Source: an uncultured Alphaproteobacteria bacterium
Lineage (GTDB): Bacteria; Pseudomonadota; Alphaproteobacteria; Rhizobiales; Xanthobacteraceae
Reading direction: 5' to 3'
Assembly: GCA_963841665.1 (NCBI GenBank)
Contig: CAWJDW010000006.1
Coordinates: 7,304 to 71,303, forward strand
DNA: 64,000 bases
Under the pieces are notes generated by a model that saw only the letters and a list, made by a program, of their open reading frames with translations, was not told the DNA's origin and searched no databases. The translations under genes were made by a program, and so were the position numbers. Position 1 is the first letter of the stretch; the number at the start of each line of letters is the position of its first letter. Below, in pieces: positions 40,884 through 50,827 of this stretch.

Positions 40884-40898
40884 GGCAGTGGTGTGCTG

Positions 40899-41684
40899 TT
40901 ACACCGGCTTGCCCGTATACGGCATCGACGCTGTCAGACCGCCGTCGACCGGGAATGCCTGGCCGTTGACGTAGGACGCTTCGTCGCTGGCGAGAAACAG
41001 GCCCATCGCCGCTATCTCGTGCGGCTGGCCGGGACGCTTCAGCGGGTTGAGCTGGCCGATCTTGTCCTCGGTGCCGCGTTCCTTGGCGCGGTCGAACACC
41101 GGCTTGGTCATGCCGGTCTCGATCAGGCCGGGACACACGGCGTTGATGCGCACGCCGGTGCCGGACAGCGAATAGGCGGTGGTCTGCACCAAGCTGATGA
41201 CGCCGGCCTTGCTTGCAGCATAGGGATGCCCCGATGCGCCGGACTTCAGGCCCGCGACCGATGCAGTGCAGACGATCGCGCCCGCACCTTGCTTGACCAT
41301 ATGCGGCATCGCGTATTTCACCGCGAGGAACGGCCCGATCAGGTTGATGCGCAGGATCTCCTGCCAGTGCTCCACGGTCTGCTCGGCAATCGGCTTCAGC
41401 CCGCCGGAGATGCCGGCATTGGCCCAGATCGCATCGAGCCTTCCGTAAGTAGCGATGGCGCGGTCGACGAAGGAGATCACGTCGGACTCGGAACCCGCAT
41501 CGGCAAGCACGGCTTCGGCCGTGCCGCCTTGTTGTTTGACCAGCTCGGCGGTCTCCTTGACGCCGTCGCTGCGGTCGACCGCGATCAGCTTCGCGCCTTC
41601 CTTCGAAAACAGCAGCGAAGCGGCACGGCCGATGCCGCTGCCGGCGCCGGTGATGATGACGGATTTGCCTGCAAGACGGCCCAT
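40899..41684 (-). CDS. SDR family oxidoreductase
   Basis: TGAGSGIG, NAGI, YAASK, INAVCPG, VDGG. Confidence 0.93.
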   Translation of the reverse strand: MGRLAGKSVIITGAGSGIGRAASLLFSKEGAKLIAVDRSDGVKETAELVKQQGGTAEAVLADAGSESDVISFVDRAIATYGRLDAIWANAGISGGLKPIAEQTVEHWQEILRINLIGPFLAVKYAMPHMVKQGAGAIVCTASVAGLKSGASGHPYAASKAGVISLVQTTAYSLSGTGVRINAVCPGLIETGMTKPVFDRAKERGTEDKIGQLNPLKRPGQPHEIAAMGLFLASDEASYVNGQAFPVDGGLTASMPYTGKPV

Positions 41685-41731
41685 GGGAATCCTCCTTTGT
41701 GATGTTGCGCGCTGCGTGCCGCGCGATGGAA

Positions 41732-41748
41732 TTCAAACGCCGTTTCAA
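41732..41748. promoter_or_regulatory. Second PsrA-like box TTCAAACGCCGTTTCAA
   Basis: CAAAC-N3-GTTT between the divergent SDR and histidine phosphatase genes. Confidence 0.5.
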
Positions 41749-41844
41749 ACGCGGGGCGTCGATGCGATGTGACTTGAGACGGTCTTGTGTCTCACGTACA
41801 GCGATGAGGCGCATCAGGGAAGGGTGCAGGGAAAGGTAATCGTG

Positions 41845-42549
41845 ATGTCGAACAATCAGAGCCGCGCGGCCGTGATCACACGCTGGTGGTGGGTGCGTCA
41901 CGCGCCGGTCCGCAATGATGGCGGCAATATCTACGGCCAATCGGACCTCGCCTGCGACACGGGCGATCACGAAGTGTTCGAGGCGGTGGCAAAGATCCTG
42001 CCGCGCGATGCGGTGTGGTATGCGAGCAACCTCCAGCGCACGCATCAGACCGCCGAAGCGATCTGGGCCGCGGGTTTTCCGCGGCCAGCGACGATGATCA
42101 GGGAGGCCGCCTTTGCCGAGCAGAATCTCGGCCAGTGGCAAGGCATGAACCGGCAGGCTTTTCTGGCGAGCCGCCCGGCCGGCAGCAACTGGTTCGCTGC
42201 GATCGACGAGCCCGCGCCCGGCGGCGAAAGTTTCATGGATCTCTATGTCAGGGTCGCCGCAGCGATCGCGCGCGTCAATGCTGAGGAAGCCGGCAGGGAC
42301 GTGATCGCTGTTGGCCATGGCGGCACCATCAAGGCTGCGGTCGCACTGGCGCTCGGCGGTCTGGTCGAGAAAAGTCTCGCCTTCGACATCGACAATTGCT
42401 CGGTGACGCGGCTCGATCATATCGCCGCCGGCGACACCCGGACGTGGCGGCTGCCGATGGTGAACCAGCAGCCCTGGATGGCCGATGCGGCGCATCGCGC
42501 CATGCATCAGCCGGCCGGGCCGGAAGTGGCGACGAGCAAGCTTGCCTGA
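41845..42549 (+). CDS. Histidine phosphatase family protein
   Basis: WVRHAPV, SNLQRTHQTA, EQNLGQWQG, PGGESF, VGHGGTI. Confidence 0.9.
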   Translation: MSNNQSRAAVITRWWWVRHAPVRNDGGNIYGQSDLACDTGDHEVFEAVAKILPRDAVWYASNLQRTHQTAEAIWAAGFPRPATMIREAAFAEQNLGQWQGMNRQAFLASRPAGSNWFAAIDEPAPGGESFMDLYVRVAAAIARVNAEEAGRDVIAVGHGGTIKAAVALALGGLVEKSLAFDIDNCSVTRLDHIAAGDTRTWRLPMVNQQPWMADAAHRAMHQPAGPEVATSKLA

Positions 42550-42581
42550 TTAGATCGTCAAAAAAGCGGGAGGAAACCGAA

Positions 42582-43349
42582 ATGACTTTATTCGACATGA
42601 CCGGCAAAGTTGCCGTCATCACCGGCTCGACACGCGGCATCGGCCTCGCGATCGCCGAGCGCATGGCCGAGCACGGCGCCAAGGTGGTGGTCTCATCGCG
42701 CAAGGCCGATGTCTGCGAGCAAGTGGCGAAGGCGATCAACGGCAAATACGGCGCGGGACGCTCGGTCGCGATCCCCGCCAACATCTCCAGCAAGGAGAAC
42801 CTGCAGCATCTCGTCGATGAGGCGAACCGCGCCTTCGGCAGGATCGACGTTCTGGTCTGCAACGCCGCGTCGAACCCGTATTACGGTCCGCTGGCCGGCA
42901 TCTCCGACGATCAGTTCCGAAAAATCCTCGACAACAACATCGTCGCCAACAACTGGCTGATCAGCATGGTCGTGCCGCAGATGATCGAGCGCAAGGACGG
43001 CTCCGTCATCATCGTGTCCTCGATCGGCGGCCTGAAGGGCTCGACCATTCTCGGCGCCTATGCGATTTCGAAGGCAGCCGACATGCAGCTGGCGCGCAAT
43101 CTGGCCTGCGAATACGGGCCGCACAATGTCCGCGTCAACTGCATCGCGCCGGGTCTGATCAAGACCGACTTCGCCAAGGCGCTGTGGGACAATCCGGACA
43201 ATCTGAAGGCCTCGACAGCCCGCTCGCCATTGCTGCGCATCGGCATCCCGGACGAGATCGCGGGCGCCGCCGTGTTCTTGGGCTCCGCCGCCGGCAACTT
43301 CATGACCGGGCAGACGATGGTGATCGATGGGGGAGCTACGATTAGTTGA
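42582..43349 (+). CDS. SDR family oxidoreductase (DHRS4-like)
   Basis: TGSTRGIG, VSSRK, NAASNP, YAISK, NCIAPGLIKTDFA; GGAGG RBS. Confidence 0.93.
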   Translation: MTLFDMTGKVAVITGSTRGIGLAIAERMAEHGAKVVVSSRKADVCEQVAKAINGKYGAGRSVAIPANISSKENLQHLVDEANRAFGRIDVLVCNAASNPYYGPLAGISDDQFRKILDNNIVANNWLISMVVPQMIERKDGSVIIVSSIGGLKGSTILGAYAISKAADMQLARNLACEYGPHNVRVNCIAPGLIKTDFAKALWDNPDNLKASTARSPLLRIGIPDEIAGAAVFLGSAAGNFMTGQTMVIDGGATIS

Positions 43350-43406
43350 CCCGAGGCGCGCAGCTCGAATGCAGCGATGTGTCTGATGCGCGCTGCGTTC
43401 TCAACT

Positions 43407-43504
43407 GTCATCGCCCGCGCAGACGGGCGATCCCGTAAACGCAGCCGTATCGAGTCTCACGACCGGCGCGGCGTACTGGATTCCCCGTCTCCGCGGGGAA
43501 TGAC
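43407..43504. repeat. Degenerate GTCAT...ATGAC REP-like doublet
   Basis: GTCATCGCCCG...CGGGCGATCC and CTGGATTCCCCG...CGGGGAATGAC between convergent genes. Confidence 0.65.
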
Positions 43505-43539
43505 AGCGGTGGGCAAAGAGGCCGCGGCGACGACAGCAA

Positions 43540-44796
43540 CTACTCCACCGCCGCGTACACCACGTCGCGCACCAAGGTGCGCAGATAGTCGCGCTGGCCG
43601 GGGCCCTGGGCCATGAACACGCAGAACAGATCCTCCTGCGGATCGATCCAGAAGAAGGTGCCGGCGATGCCGCTCCAGAAGAACTGGCCGGTCGAGCCGG
43701 GGAAGGGCGCAAGCCCCGCCTGCCTGCGCACCGCGAAGCCGAGGCCAAAGCCGTGACCCGGTGCCAGCAGCGTGCCCTGAATCGTCACGCCGGGCGCGAG
43801 ATGGTCGGAGGCCATCAGCTCCAGCGTCTTGCGGCCGATGATCCTGACGCCGTCGAGCGTGCCGCCATTGAGCAGCATCTGGCAGAAGCGGGCATAGTCC
43901 ATCGTGGTCGAGACCAGGCCGCCGCCGCCGGATTCCATCGCTGGCTTGTCGAGCATGTTGAACAGGTTGACCTGCTCGCCCGACCAGGGATCGTTCGCGA
44001 ACGGCTCGGCCAGTCGGCCGGCATTCTCTTGCGCAGTCGAGAAGCCGGTCTCGGCCATCGACAGCGGCGCCAGGATGCGCTCGGTAAGGAAGGCGCCGAG
44101 CGTCTGGCCCGACACCACCTCGATGATGCGGCCGAGGATGTCGGTCGAGCGGCTGTAGTTCCACTCCGCGCCGGGCTGGCAGATCAAGGGCAGGCTGGCG
44201 ACGATTGCGGCGTGCTCCGCATTGGTGATCTTGCGGCTGCGCAGCCGCGACTGCTGATACAGCTTGTGCACCGGGCCATTGCCGGTGTGGTCATACGTGA
44301 TGCCGGAGGTGTGGCGGAGCAGGTCCTGGACCGTCATCGGACGTTCGACCGGTACCAGCGCGAGCTCACCACCCGCGGTCGCGACGCCGACCTTCTGGTC
44401 GGCGAATTCCGGGATGAATTTGGCGACGGCGTCGCCGAGCAGCAGCTCGCCATCCTCGAGCAGCATCATGATGCCGACCGAGACGATCGGCTTGGTCATC
44501 GAGAAGATGCGGAAGATGGAATCCTTGGCCATCGCGGCCTCAGTGGTCGGGCTCTGGCGGCCGATCGCGTCGAACCAGCCGATCCGGCCCTTGCGGGCCA
44601 CCAGCAGGGTGGCGCCGGGGATGGTGCCCTTGTCGACCTCGCGCTTGAACGCATCCGAAGCCCGCTGCAGCCGCATTGTCGACAGGCCGAGCGAATCAGG
44701 CTTGGCCTCGGGAAGGGACGGGGTCTGCGGACGCGTGGCGGCGCGGGCGGCGGTTTGCGCAGAAGTCGGTGGGTTCATGGGCGCTCCCGGAGGCAT
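43540..44796 (-). CDS. Serine hydrolase (class C beta-lactamase-like esterase)
   Basis: FSMTK (SxxK), LLRHTSG, WNYS, GGGGLVST, WSGIAGTFFWIDP; start may be 44778. Confidence 0.92.
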   Translation of the reverse strand: MPPGAPMNPPTSAQTAARAATRPQTPSLPEAKPDSLGLSTMRLQRASDAFKREVDKGTIPGATLLVARKGRIGWFDAIGRQSPTTEAAMAKDSIFRIFSMTKPIVSVGIMMLLEDGELLLGDAVAKFIPEFADQKVGVATAGGELALVPVERPMTVQDLLRHTSGITYDHTGNGPVHKLYQQSRLRSRKITNAEHAAIVASLPLICQPGAEWNYSRSTDILGRIIEVVSGQTLGAFLTERILAPLSMAETGFSTAQENAGRLAEPFANDPWSGEQVNLFNMLDKPAMESGGGGLVSTTMDYARFCQMLLNGGTLDGVRIIGRKTLELMASDHLAPGVTIQGTLLAPGHGFGLGFAVRRQAGLAPFPGSTGQFFWSGIAGTFFWIDPQEDLFCVFMAQGPGQRDYLRTLVRDVVYAAVE

Positions 44797-44928
44797 TGTT
44801 GTTGGATTGCATCAAGCTTGGCGGAGAAGAGCCCGCTTGAACAGCGGATTTGTCCGTTCCGGCCCTTGCTTTTCGGGGGGCGTCTATGCTTGAAACGGCG
44901 CGGATCGGGTGCTGGCAGCCGATCCCGT

Positions 44929-45004
44929 AGGAGTGTAGCTCAATTGGTAGAGCACCGGTCTCCAAAACCGGGGGTTGGGAGTTCGAGCCTCTCCACTCCT
45001 GCCA
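44929..45004 (+). tRNA. tRNA-Trp (CCA)
   Basis: AGGAGTGTAGCTCAATTGGTAGAGCACCGGTCTCCAAAACCGGGGGTTGGGAGTTCGAGCCTCTCCACTCCTGCCA: 76 nt, complete cloverleaf, anticodon CCA. Confidence 0.97.
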
Positions 45005-45523
45005 GCAAAATCAAACCCTTAGCCAACAATTTTGTCGAATGCTCCGAGCGTCTGGATCCGAGATGGGCCGGCGTCGTTCCGCAGCAGCACCGGCCACGAC
45101 ACCGAGCAATGCCCGATGGTCGCGGCCGCCGCAGCGCGCGTCAGAGATACCGGTGGCGCGTTGCTGCGCCGTCCGTTCAGGTCAGAAGAACGCTCATATC
45201 GAGACCGTACTGGGCGGACAGCAGCGAGATCACCAGACCGGTGCAGCTGAACACGGTCAGAAGCTTCAAGGTCTCGAACTCTTCGGATTTGGATACGCGG
45301 TAAAAAGCGCGAGCAATCACAGCAGTCGTCATTGGAAATCCCCCTCTGAGCGTGTCCGAGCCCCAAACGGGCTTCTTGATGCGTGACAGGCCGGGGCCAA
45401 TTACTAGGGCACGTTCGTTAAAAAGCGTTGAAATTCAAACTAATAGCACAACACGGTTATCAAAACCTAGCCTTTCGCCGATTCACCTGTGGCCGCCAGA
45501 TTGCGCGAATTCGCGCGGGGCAC

Positions 45524-45549
45524 GGAACCTGCGCGTCCGATCCGGCGTT
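45524..45549 (+). promoter_or_regulatory. Putative EcfG (general stress sigma factor) promoter GGAAC-N17-CGTT
   Basis: GGAAC at 45524-28 and CGTT at 45546-49, ~35 nt before the ATG of a small exported protein. Confidence 0.6.
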
Positions 45550-45583
45550 GCCCGCTCGGTTCCAATCGCGGGGAGTATGCATC

Positions 45584-45841
45584 ATGCTGATGCGCGGGAC
45601 GTGCGCGCTCGCTCTGCTGCTGGCGTCGATGGGCGCGGCATCTGCCGCAAGCGGGGCCAATCCGTTCCGGCACGTGTCCTGCGTCGTCGTCCGCTTCTAT
45701 GTCGCGAAATACTCAGCCCCGGCCGCGGAAGCCTGGGCGCGCAGCCATGGTGCGACCGAGGCCGAGATCGAGACCGCGAGACACTGCCTGAACCTGCCGT
45801 CGCCGCCGATCCAGGCCGCAGCCCAGATGATGGTGCGCTAG
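45584..45841 (+). CDS. Small exported hypothetical protein with two Cys in the mature part
   Basis: Signal peptide ...LALLLASMGAASA; SCVVVRFYVAKYS...ARHCL; GGAG RBS. Confidence 0.72.
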   Translation: MLMRGTCALALLLASMGAASAASGANPFRHVSCVVVRFYVAKYSAPAAEAWARSHGATEAEIETARHCLNLPSPPIQAAAQMMVR

Positions 45842-46034
45842 CCCGAACGCGGCGAGATGCTGCCGCCAAGCGCCGAATATCGCAGGCCATGCGAACCGAC
45901 GCACGCGGGTGGCATCACCTCCGGCAGAAAGACCCCTGGCTGCTGCAACCTTTACGGCGATGCCTGCCTTCGCTAAATCGTCCCGAAGACCTCGTACGGG
46001 CCGGCATTCGGCGCACGAATCAACTGAGCAAGCA

Positions 46035-48107
46035 ATGCTGAACCCCGACCATTCGATGAGCTCGACGGATCGCCTTCCCGAGCATCTCGAGCATCCAAAA
46101 TATCGCCCCGACATCGATGGTCTTCGTGCCCTCGCGGTGCTGTCGGTCGTTTTCTACCACGCGTTCCCGAAAGCCGTCACCGGCGGTTTCGTCGGCGTCG
46201 ACGTGTTCTTTGTCATCTCCGGCTTTCTGATCTCGACCATCATCTTCGGCAGCCTGTTTCGCTACTCCGGGTTTGACTTCCTGGAGTTTTACGGGCGCCG
46301 GGTCCGCCGCATCTTCCCGGCGCTGGCGATCGTGCTGCTGGCCAGCTTCGCCTTCGCCTATTTCTACTTGCTGAGCGGCGAATTCGAGCAGCTTGGAAAA
46401 CATATCGCCGGCGGCGCCGGCTTTGTTTCGAACATCGTCCTGTGGTTCGAGAGCGGATATTTCGATACCTCCGCCGAAACCAAGCCGCTGCTGCATCTGT
46501 GGTCGCTGGGCGTCGAAGAGCAGTTCTATATCGTATGGCCGATCCTGCTTTGGCTCGCCTGGAAGCTCAGGTTCAATTTGCTGACCATCTGCGTTCTTTA
46601 TGCGGGTGTCTCGTTCGTCCTGAATATCCACAGCGCGCGATCGGACATCGTCGCCGACTTCTATTCGCCGCAGACGCGCTTTTGGGAGCTTATGCTCGGC
46701 ACCATTCTGGCGCTCGTTCAGCTCCGGCATCATCAGGCCCGCTCGCGATTCAGGCTGGTCCTGAACGACCTGCTCTCGACCGTCATCTACGACAGGAACC
46801 GAAAAAAAGATCCGGCGCTCATCAACGATGCCGAGTCCATCCTGGGCGTCGGTCTGATCCTTTTCGGCATCTTTTATCTGCACACCGACAGCAAGTTCCC
46901 TGGATGGTGGGCTCTCCTGCCGACCGTCGGAGCCGTATTGTTCATTTCGGCCGGGCCGTCAGCGTTTTTGAACCGCGTCGCCTTTTCGAACCGTATCGTC
47001 GTTTGGTTCGGTCTGATCAGCTTTCCGCTCTACCTGTGGCACTGGCCAATTCTGTCGTTCTCTCGCATATTGGCTGGCCGAACTCCGCCGTCGAGCTTGC
47101 GGTGGTGTGCGATAGCTGCGTCGATCGTGCTGGCCTGGGCCACGTTCCAGTTCGTGGAGAAGAACATTCGCAGGGCGCGTAACACGCGCCTTGTGTCCGT
47201 GTGTCTCGTAGCGATTGTCGCGGTGCTCGGCTGTGCCGGATACTTTGTCTTTGCGAACGCAGTCCGATCCGGCCCGGGTCTCGTTTTCGACGGCCAGATG
47301 TCGCAGCTGCAAAAGGTGGCAACCATCAACAGCTACGAGAACCAGTATGGGCCGCGCCCGTGCTTCCAGCTTCCGGGAAACAAGTCGACCGACTGGTTTG
47401 TCAACAATGGCTGCCTCACTGTTAAGGATTCCTCGCGCCCAACGGTATTTCTGTTCGGCGATTCGCACTCGGCTGCATTGTCCATCGGATTGCGGAGTCT
47501 CGCGGACGAGCATCATTTCAACCTGCTGCAAATAAGTTCTGGATGGTGTGCGCCTTACGGAAACGACACCTCGGATGCCGCGTGCGTCGCATCGAACCAA
47601 TTCGCATCCGAACAAATAAAAAAGGCCCATCCAGATGTCTTGGTACTGGATGCCTACTGGTTTCATGAATCCGAACCGGTATTCTTCAGAGGGACCAACT
47701 TCATCGGGCACCTCGAGGCGCGCTTTGCCGAGTTGGCCCAGCTTGGGGCGAAAAAGATCATCATCGTCGGTCAAATTCCGACCTGGATTGCTGCCCTGCC
47801 GGATATCCTGGGACGGAAATATGTTCTCAACCGCCAGCCGATTCCGGAGAGAACGTTTGCCGACCTCGATCCTCACTCGATCGAGATGGATGCCCAGATG
47901 AAACGCATGAAGCTTCCTGCGGATACGACATACGTCTCGCTCACTGACAGATTGTGTGATGCGGCAGGCTGTCTCACGATGACCGGTCCGGACCTCGAAA
48001 ACGATCTGCTGGTCTGGGACTATGGGCATCTCACGGTGGGCGGCTCGCGATGGGTCTCCGATCGCATTCTGAAGGAGCCGGTTCTCGCGGCGCTCGGCAT
48101 CAACTAG
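46035..48107 (+). CDS. Acyltransferase-3 plus SGNH domain O-acetyltransferase (OafA/OatA-like)
   Basis: YRPDIDGLRALAV, GVDVFFVISGFLI, HLWSLGVEEQFY, LYLWHWP, then FGDSHS and DYGHL. Confidence 0.93.
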   Translation: MLNPDHSMSSTDRLPEHLEHPKYRPDIDGLRALAVLSVVFYHAFPKAVTGGFVGVDVFFVISGFLISTIIFGSLFRYSGFDFLEFYGRRVRRIFPALAIVLLASFAFAYFYLLSGEFEQLGKHIAGGAGFVSNIVLWFESGYFDTSAETKPLLHLWSLGVEEQFYIVWPILLWLAWKLRFNLLTICVLYAGVSFVLNIHSARSDIVADFYSPQTRFWELMLGTILALVQLRHHQARSRFRLVLNDLLSTVIYDRNRKKDPALINDAESILGVGLILFGIFYLHTDSKFPGWWALLPTVGAVLFISAGPSAFLNRVAFSNRIVVWFGLISFPLYLWHWPILSFSRILAGRTPPSSLRWCAIAASIVLAWATFQFVEKNIRRARNTRLVSVCLVAIVAVLGCAGYFVFANAVRSGPGLVFDGQMSQLQKVATINSYENQYGPRPCFQLPGNKSTDWFVNNGCLTVKDSSRPTVFLFGDSHSAALSIGLRSLADEHHFNLLQISSGWCAPYGNDTSDAACVASNQFASEQIKKAHPDVLVLDAYWFHESEPVFFRGTNFIGHLEARFAELAQLGAKKIIIVGQIPTWIAALPDILGRKYVLNRQPIPERTFADLDPHSIEMDAQMKRMKLPADTTYVSLTDRLCDAAGCLTMTGPDLENDLLVWDYGHLTVGGSRWVSDRILKEPVLAALGIN

Positions 48108-48274
48108 CCGAACCCCCGACGTGAAGCCGACAGAACGGATCAACGTCACACCGGGAGGAGGGCGATGAGATTCTCGGCTCCCGCCGGCAAATCCAATGAC
48201 TGGCGGCTGCTTCGCCGGATGGAAGGATCGCGTCGAGCGGCGGCGAGCCGTCCGGGGTCACCGCCGATGTCTGT

Positions 48275-48634
48275 TCACCAGCACACGTTCACGGGCGCGA
48301 GGCGCCAACCCCAGCCGGTCCAGACGCGGCGCCATTGGGTGCAGCCATCCCAGCCGGCATCGCCCCATCCCGGCGCGCCCCAGCCCCAGCCCGATCCCCA
48401 GGCGGCCGCGCTGGCGAGCCCCAGTCCCAGGCCGATCCCGATCGCGGGCCTGCGCCAGCCCCAACCGCCTCCGCCCCAACCACCTCCACGCCAACCACCT
48501 CCGCGCCAGCCGCCGCCTCCGACAAAGCCGCGGCTGAACCCGCCGCCATGAAAGCCGCGCTGCGCGGACGCAACGCTTGGCGCCAGCGCAAGGACCGCGG
48601 CAACACCAAGTGCGAGAAACGCCTTTCTGGCCAT
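48275..48634 (-). CDS. Exported Gly/Trp-rich low-complexity protein
   Basis: Signal peptide MARKAFLALGVAAVLALAPSVASA; GGGW repeats; C-terminal C..WRRVWTGWGWR...VNVCW; AAGGAGG RBS. Confidence 0.8.
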   Translation of the reverse strand: MARKAFLALGVAAVLALAPSVASAQRGFHGGGFSRGFVGGGGWRGGGWRGGGWGGGGWGWRRPAIGIGLGLGLASAAAWGSGWGWGAPGWGDAGWDGCTQWRRVWTGWGWRLAPVNVCW

Positions 48635-48712
48635 GACGACCTCCTTAAGGTTGAAGAAAAATGGCCGTCAGCGCGCAATCGCACCAAATCCGGATGCAAT
48701 TGCGCGCCGCGA

Positions 48713-48994
48713 TCACCACACCCAGCCGCAACGACGACGGCCGCGATGCCACCGGCAAACCCACCTGCGCCTGCGCGGCGGCCCTCTCCAACCAGGACCA
48801 CCAGGACGAGGAGGAGGACCGGGTCCCCACTGGACTTCAGTCGTGTCGGGATGCGCGTCGCCTTGCCCCAGATTGGGAGCGACCGGCATCGCCTCCGCGC
48901 GCTCGAGCAGTTGAACGCTGATGGTGCCGACTGCTGCGGCGACGAGAGCATTCTGAGCAAAGCCAAGGAAAGCGCGGCGGGTCGTAGAACTCAT
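48713..48994 (-). CDS. Small Tat-signal protein with an Arg/Trp/Cys-rich C-terminus
   Basis: STTRRAFLG twin-arginine motif, AEA cleavage site, C-terminus RRRRWVCRWHRGRRRCGWVW; GAGGAG RBS. Confidence 0.78.
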   Translation of the reverse strand: MSSTTRRAFLGFAQNALVAAAVGTISVQLLERAEAMPVAPNLGQGDAHPDTTEVQWGPGPPPRPGGPGWRGPPRRRRWVCRWHRGRRRCGWVW

Positions 48995-49052
48995 GTGCGG
49001 TCTCCTCTGTTGACCAGTCGTGTTGCGACGAAGTCATCACGTTCGAACCGCC

Positions 49053-49120
49053 TATCTAGTTGCGCTCGCGCACGACCAACATCCGAGGAAACCCTGAGCG
49101 CCTAGGCGGAAGATCCTCCG
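49053..49120 (-). promoter_or_regulatory. Shared regulatory box (CATCCGAGGAAACCCT on +) with a putative -10 (TAGATA), upstream of the Tat peptide gene
   Basis: Matches boxes at 53231-53290 and 55460-55478 in sequence, relative orientation and spacing. Confidence 0.55.
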
Positions 49121-49161
49121 GCTTGCTCGATCGCGAGATTGCCGAATCGCACATCGGCGCA

Positions 49162-49638
49162 TCATCTGCTTCCGTGCGCGACTAACGTCAGGCTGGCTAT
49201 TCCGGCCGCGACGCTCACGCCAATCGATCGCTCGACTGACAGCGGCTGCAGCATGATCGACCGGCGCGAGCCGCCGATCAGGGCGTTGACGCCGAGGCCC
49301 GGTCCTAACGAGAGCTTCCCGCTCGCACCCACATAGCGTCCCCGCAAGCTGCTGGGCCTGATGTGCGAATTCCGGGCGAGAACGATCCACGACAATGAGC
49401 TCACGCTGGTGACACCGAGGTCGAGACCTAGTCGCCTGAACCGTCCCGTGTAGACATAGCGCCCCGGTGGATGTCTCGCGTGGAACACGCAGCGAAGCGA
49501 CTGGGTGGATCCGACCACCAGTCCGACGCGTGGTGTGCCGACGCAGATGAGTTTGCCGACCCTGAACCTCTCTGCGTGCGCGGGTCCAGCGGCGCACATC
49601 AAGACGGTCGCGGCGGCGAGCAGCTGCTTGACTTGCAT
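49162..49638 (-). CDS. DUF992 family exported protein
   Basis: Signal peptide; VGKLIC...GLVVGS...C.F, Y.G...LGLDLG, GRYVGASG, GVNALIGGS..SI.LQPLSV...GVSVAAGIASLTL. Confidence 0.88.
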   Translation of the reverse strand: MQVKQLLAAATVLMCAAGPAHAERFRVGKLICVGTPRVGLVVGSTQSLRCVFHARHPPGRYVYTGRFRRLGLDLGVTSVSSLSWIVLARNSHIRPSSLRGRYVGASGKLSLGPGLGVNALIGGSRRSIMLQPLSVERSIGVSVAAGIASLTLVAHGSR

Positions 49639-50777
49639 CAGGTCTCCCTCCGGCTCTTGCCCTCGGCGGACGTCGCTTGCACGAGAGTGTCACCAAGGTA
49701 GTCCTCGACATAGAACCTGATGATCGCAACCCGGCCGACGGCCACGATCGGCATGGCGAGCGCGATGCCCATGACCCCGAACAGCGCACCAAAAATGACG
49801 ATCGCGACCAGGATCCAGGCAGGCGGCGTTTCGACCGCCTGACGTTGGATCAGCGGGCCGATCACGTAGCCCTCGATCGATTGTATGACGGTGTAGACGA
49901 GGATCGCCCAGACAAGCAGCGAAACACCCAGGGGCATCGCCACAAGCGCGATCGGGATCGCGGCGACGATCGGACCGAGATAAGGGATGAAGTTGGACAG
50001 TCCCGCCTGAAGTCCAAGCACGAAAGGACCGGGCAGCCCGATGAGGTACAGCGCCAGCCATACGCACAGCGTCATCAGGGCGATGCGGATGAGCTGCCCG
50101 ACGAACCAGAACCGTAGCACGTTGCCCATCTCGTCCATTACGGCTCGCATTCGCGGCCGATAGGATTGCCTGGCCAGCATCACCAGGCTTTCGCGGTAGC
50201 TGGTCGGATCGAATGCAAACAGGATCCCAAGAAACACGATGACGAGCGCGCCGGTCAGAACGGTCGATGCGCCGCCGAGGACGAACTGGGCATGCCGGAG
50301 AAAGCGGCCCTGATCCGATACCAGCCACTGCGCAAAGTCGCGGCCCCATTCCGGGCCGAGCAGGTCGACGCCATATGTCAGAAGATGCTTCTGCAGGATG
50401 TCGAGCTGGGTATCCATCACCTTCAGAAGCAGACGCGTCTGTTCCGGCAGCTTGGCCGCGCCCCAGGCAATGCCCAATGCCGTTGCGGCAGCGACCAGCA
50501 GAAGCACTAGCGTCAGGCGCAGGGTACGATTGAGCGGGAGCACTGGCCTCAAAGCCCTCGCCGCAGCATCCAGAAAGGCTGCAAACAGCACGCCCGCGAA
50601 AACGAGCAACAGGCTGACAACCGTTTGCCACACGATGAAGAGCGCGACGCAGATCGCGAGCAGCGTCAGCCCGGTCGCGAGCATGCTGCGCCCGCCGCCA
50701 GCGGCGATCGGTTCGATGGCTTGGTCGCGGATCGCAATGTCGCCAAGCCGCTCCTGCGCTAACCTGGTTTCGCTCAT
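49638..50777 (-). CDS. AI-2E family transporter
   Basis: NFIPYLGP, IQSIEGYVIGPLIQ, FGALFGVMGIALAMP. Confidence 0.9.
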   Translation of the reverse strand: MSETRLAQERLGDIAIRDQAIEPIAAGGGRSMLATGLTLLAICVALFIVWQTVVSLLLVFAGVLFAAFLDAAARALRPVLPLNRTLRLTLVLLLVAAATALGIAWGAAKLPEQTRLLLKVMDTQLDILQKHLLTYGVDLLGPEWGRDFAQWLVSDQGRFLRHAQFVLGGASTVLTGALVIVFLGILFAFDPTSYRESLVMLARQSYRPRMRAVMDEMGNVLRFWFVGQLIRIALMTLCVWLALYLIGLPGPFVLGLQAGLSNFIPYLGPIVAAIPIALVAMPLGVSLLVWAILVYTVIQSIEGYVIGPLIQRQAVETPPAWILVAIVIFGALFGVMGIALAMPIVAVGRVAIIRFYVEDYLGDTLVQATSAEGKSRRET

Positions 50778-50827
50778 CGATCGCCCAACTCGAAAGCGCG
50801 GAATTGATCCGGTGCCGCGATCGGCCC

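Noticed and set aside
43540-44796. Beta-lactam resistance gene
   Set aside because: The motif set (LLxHxSG, WSG in place of KTG, no signal peptide) fits family VIII esterases rather than AmpC.
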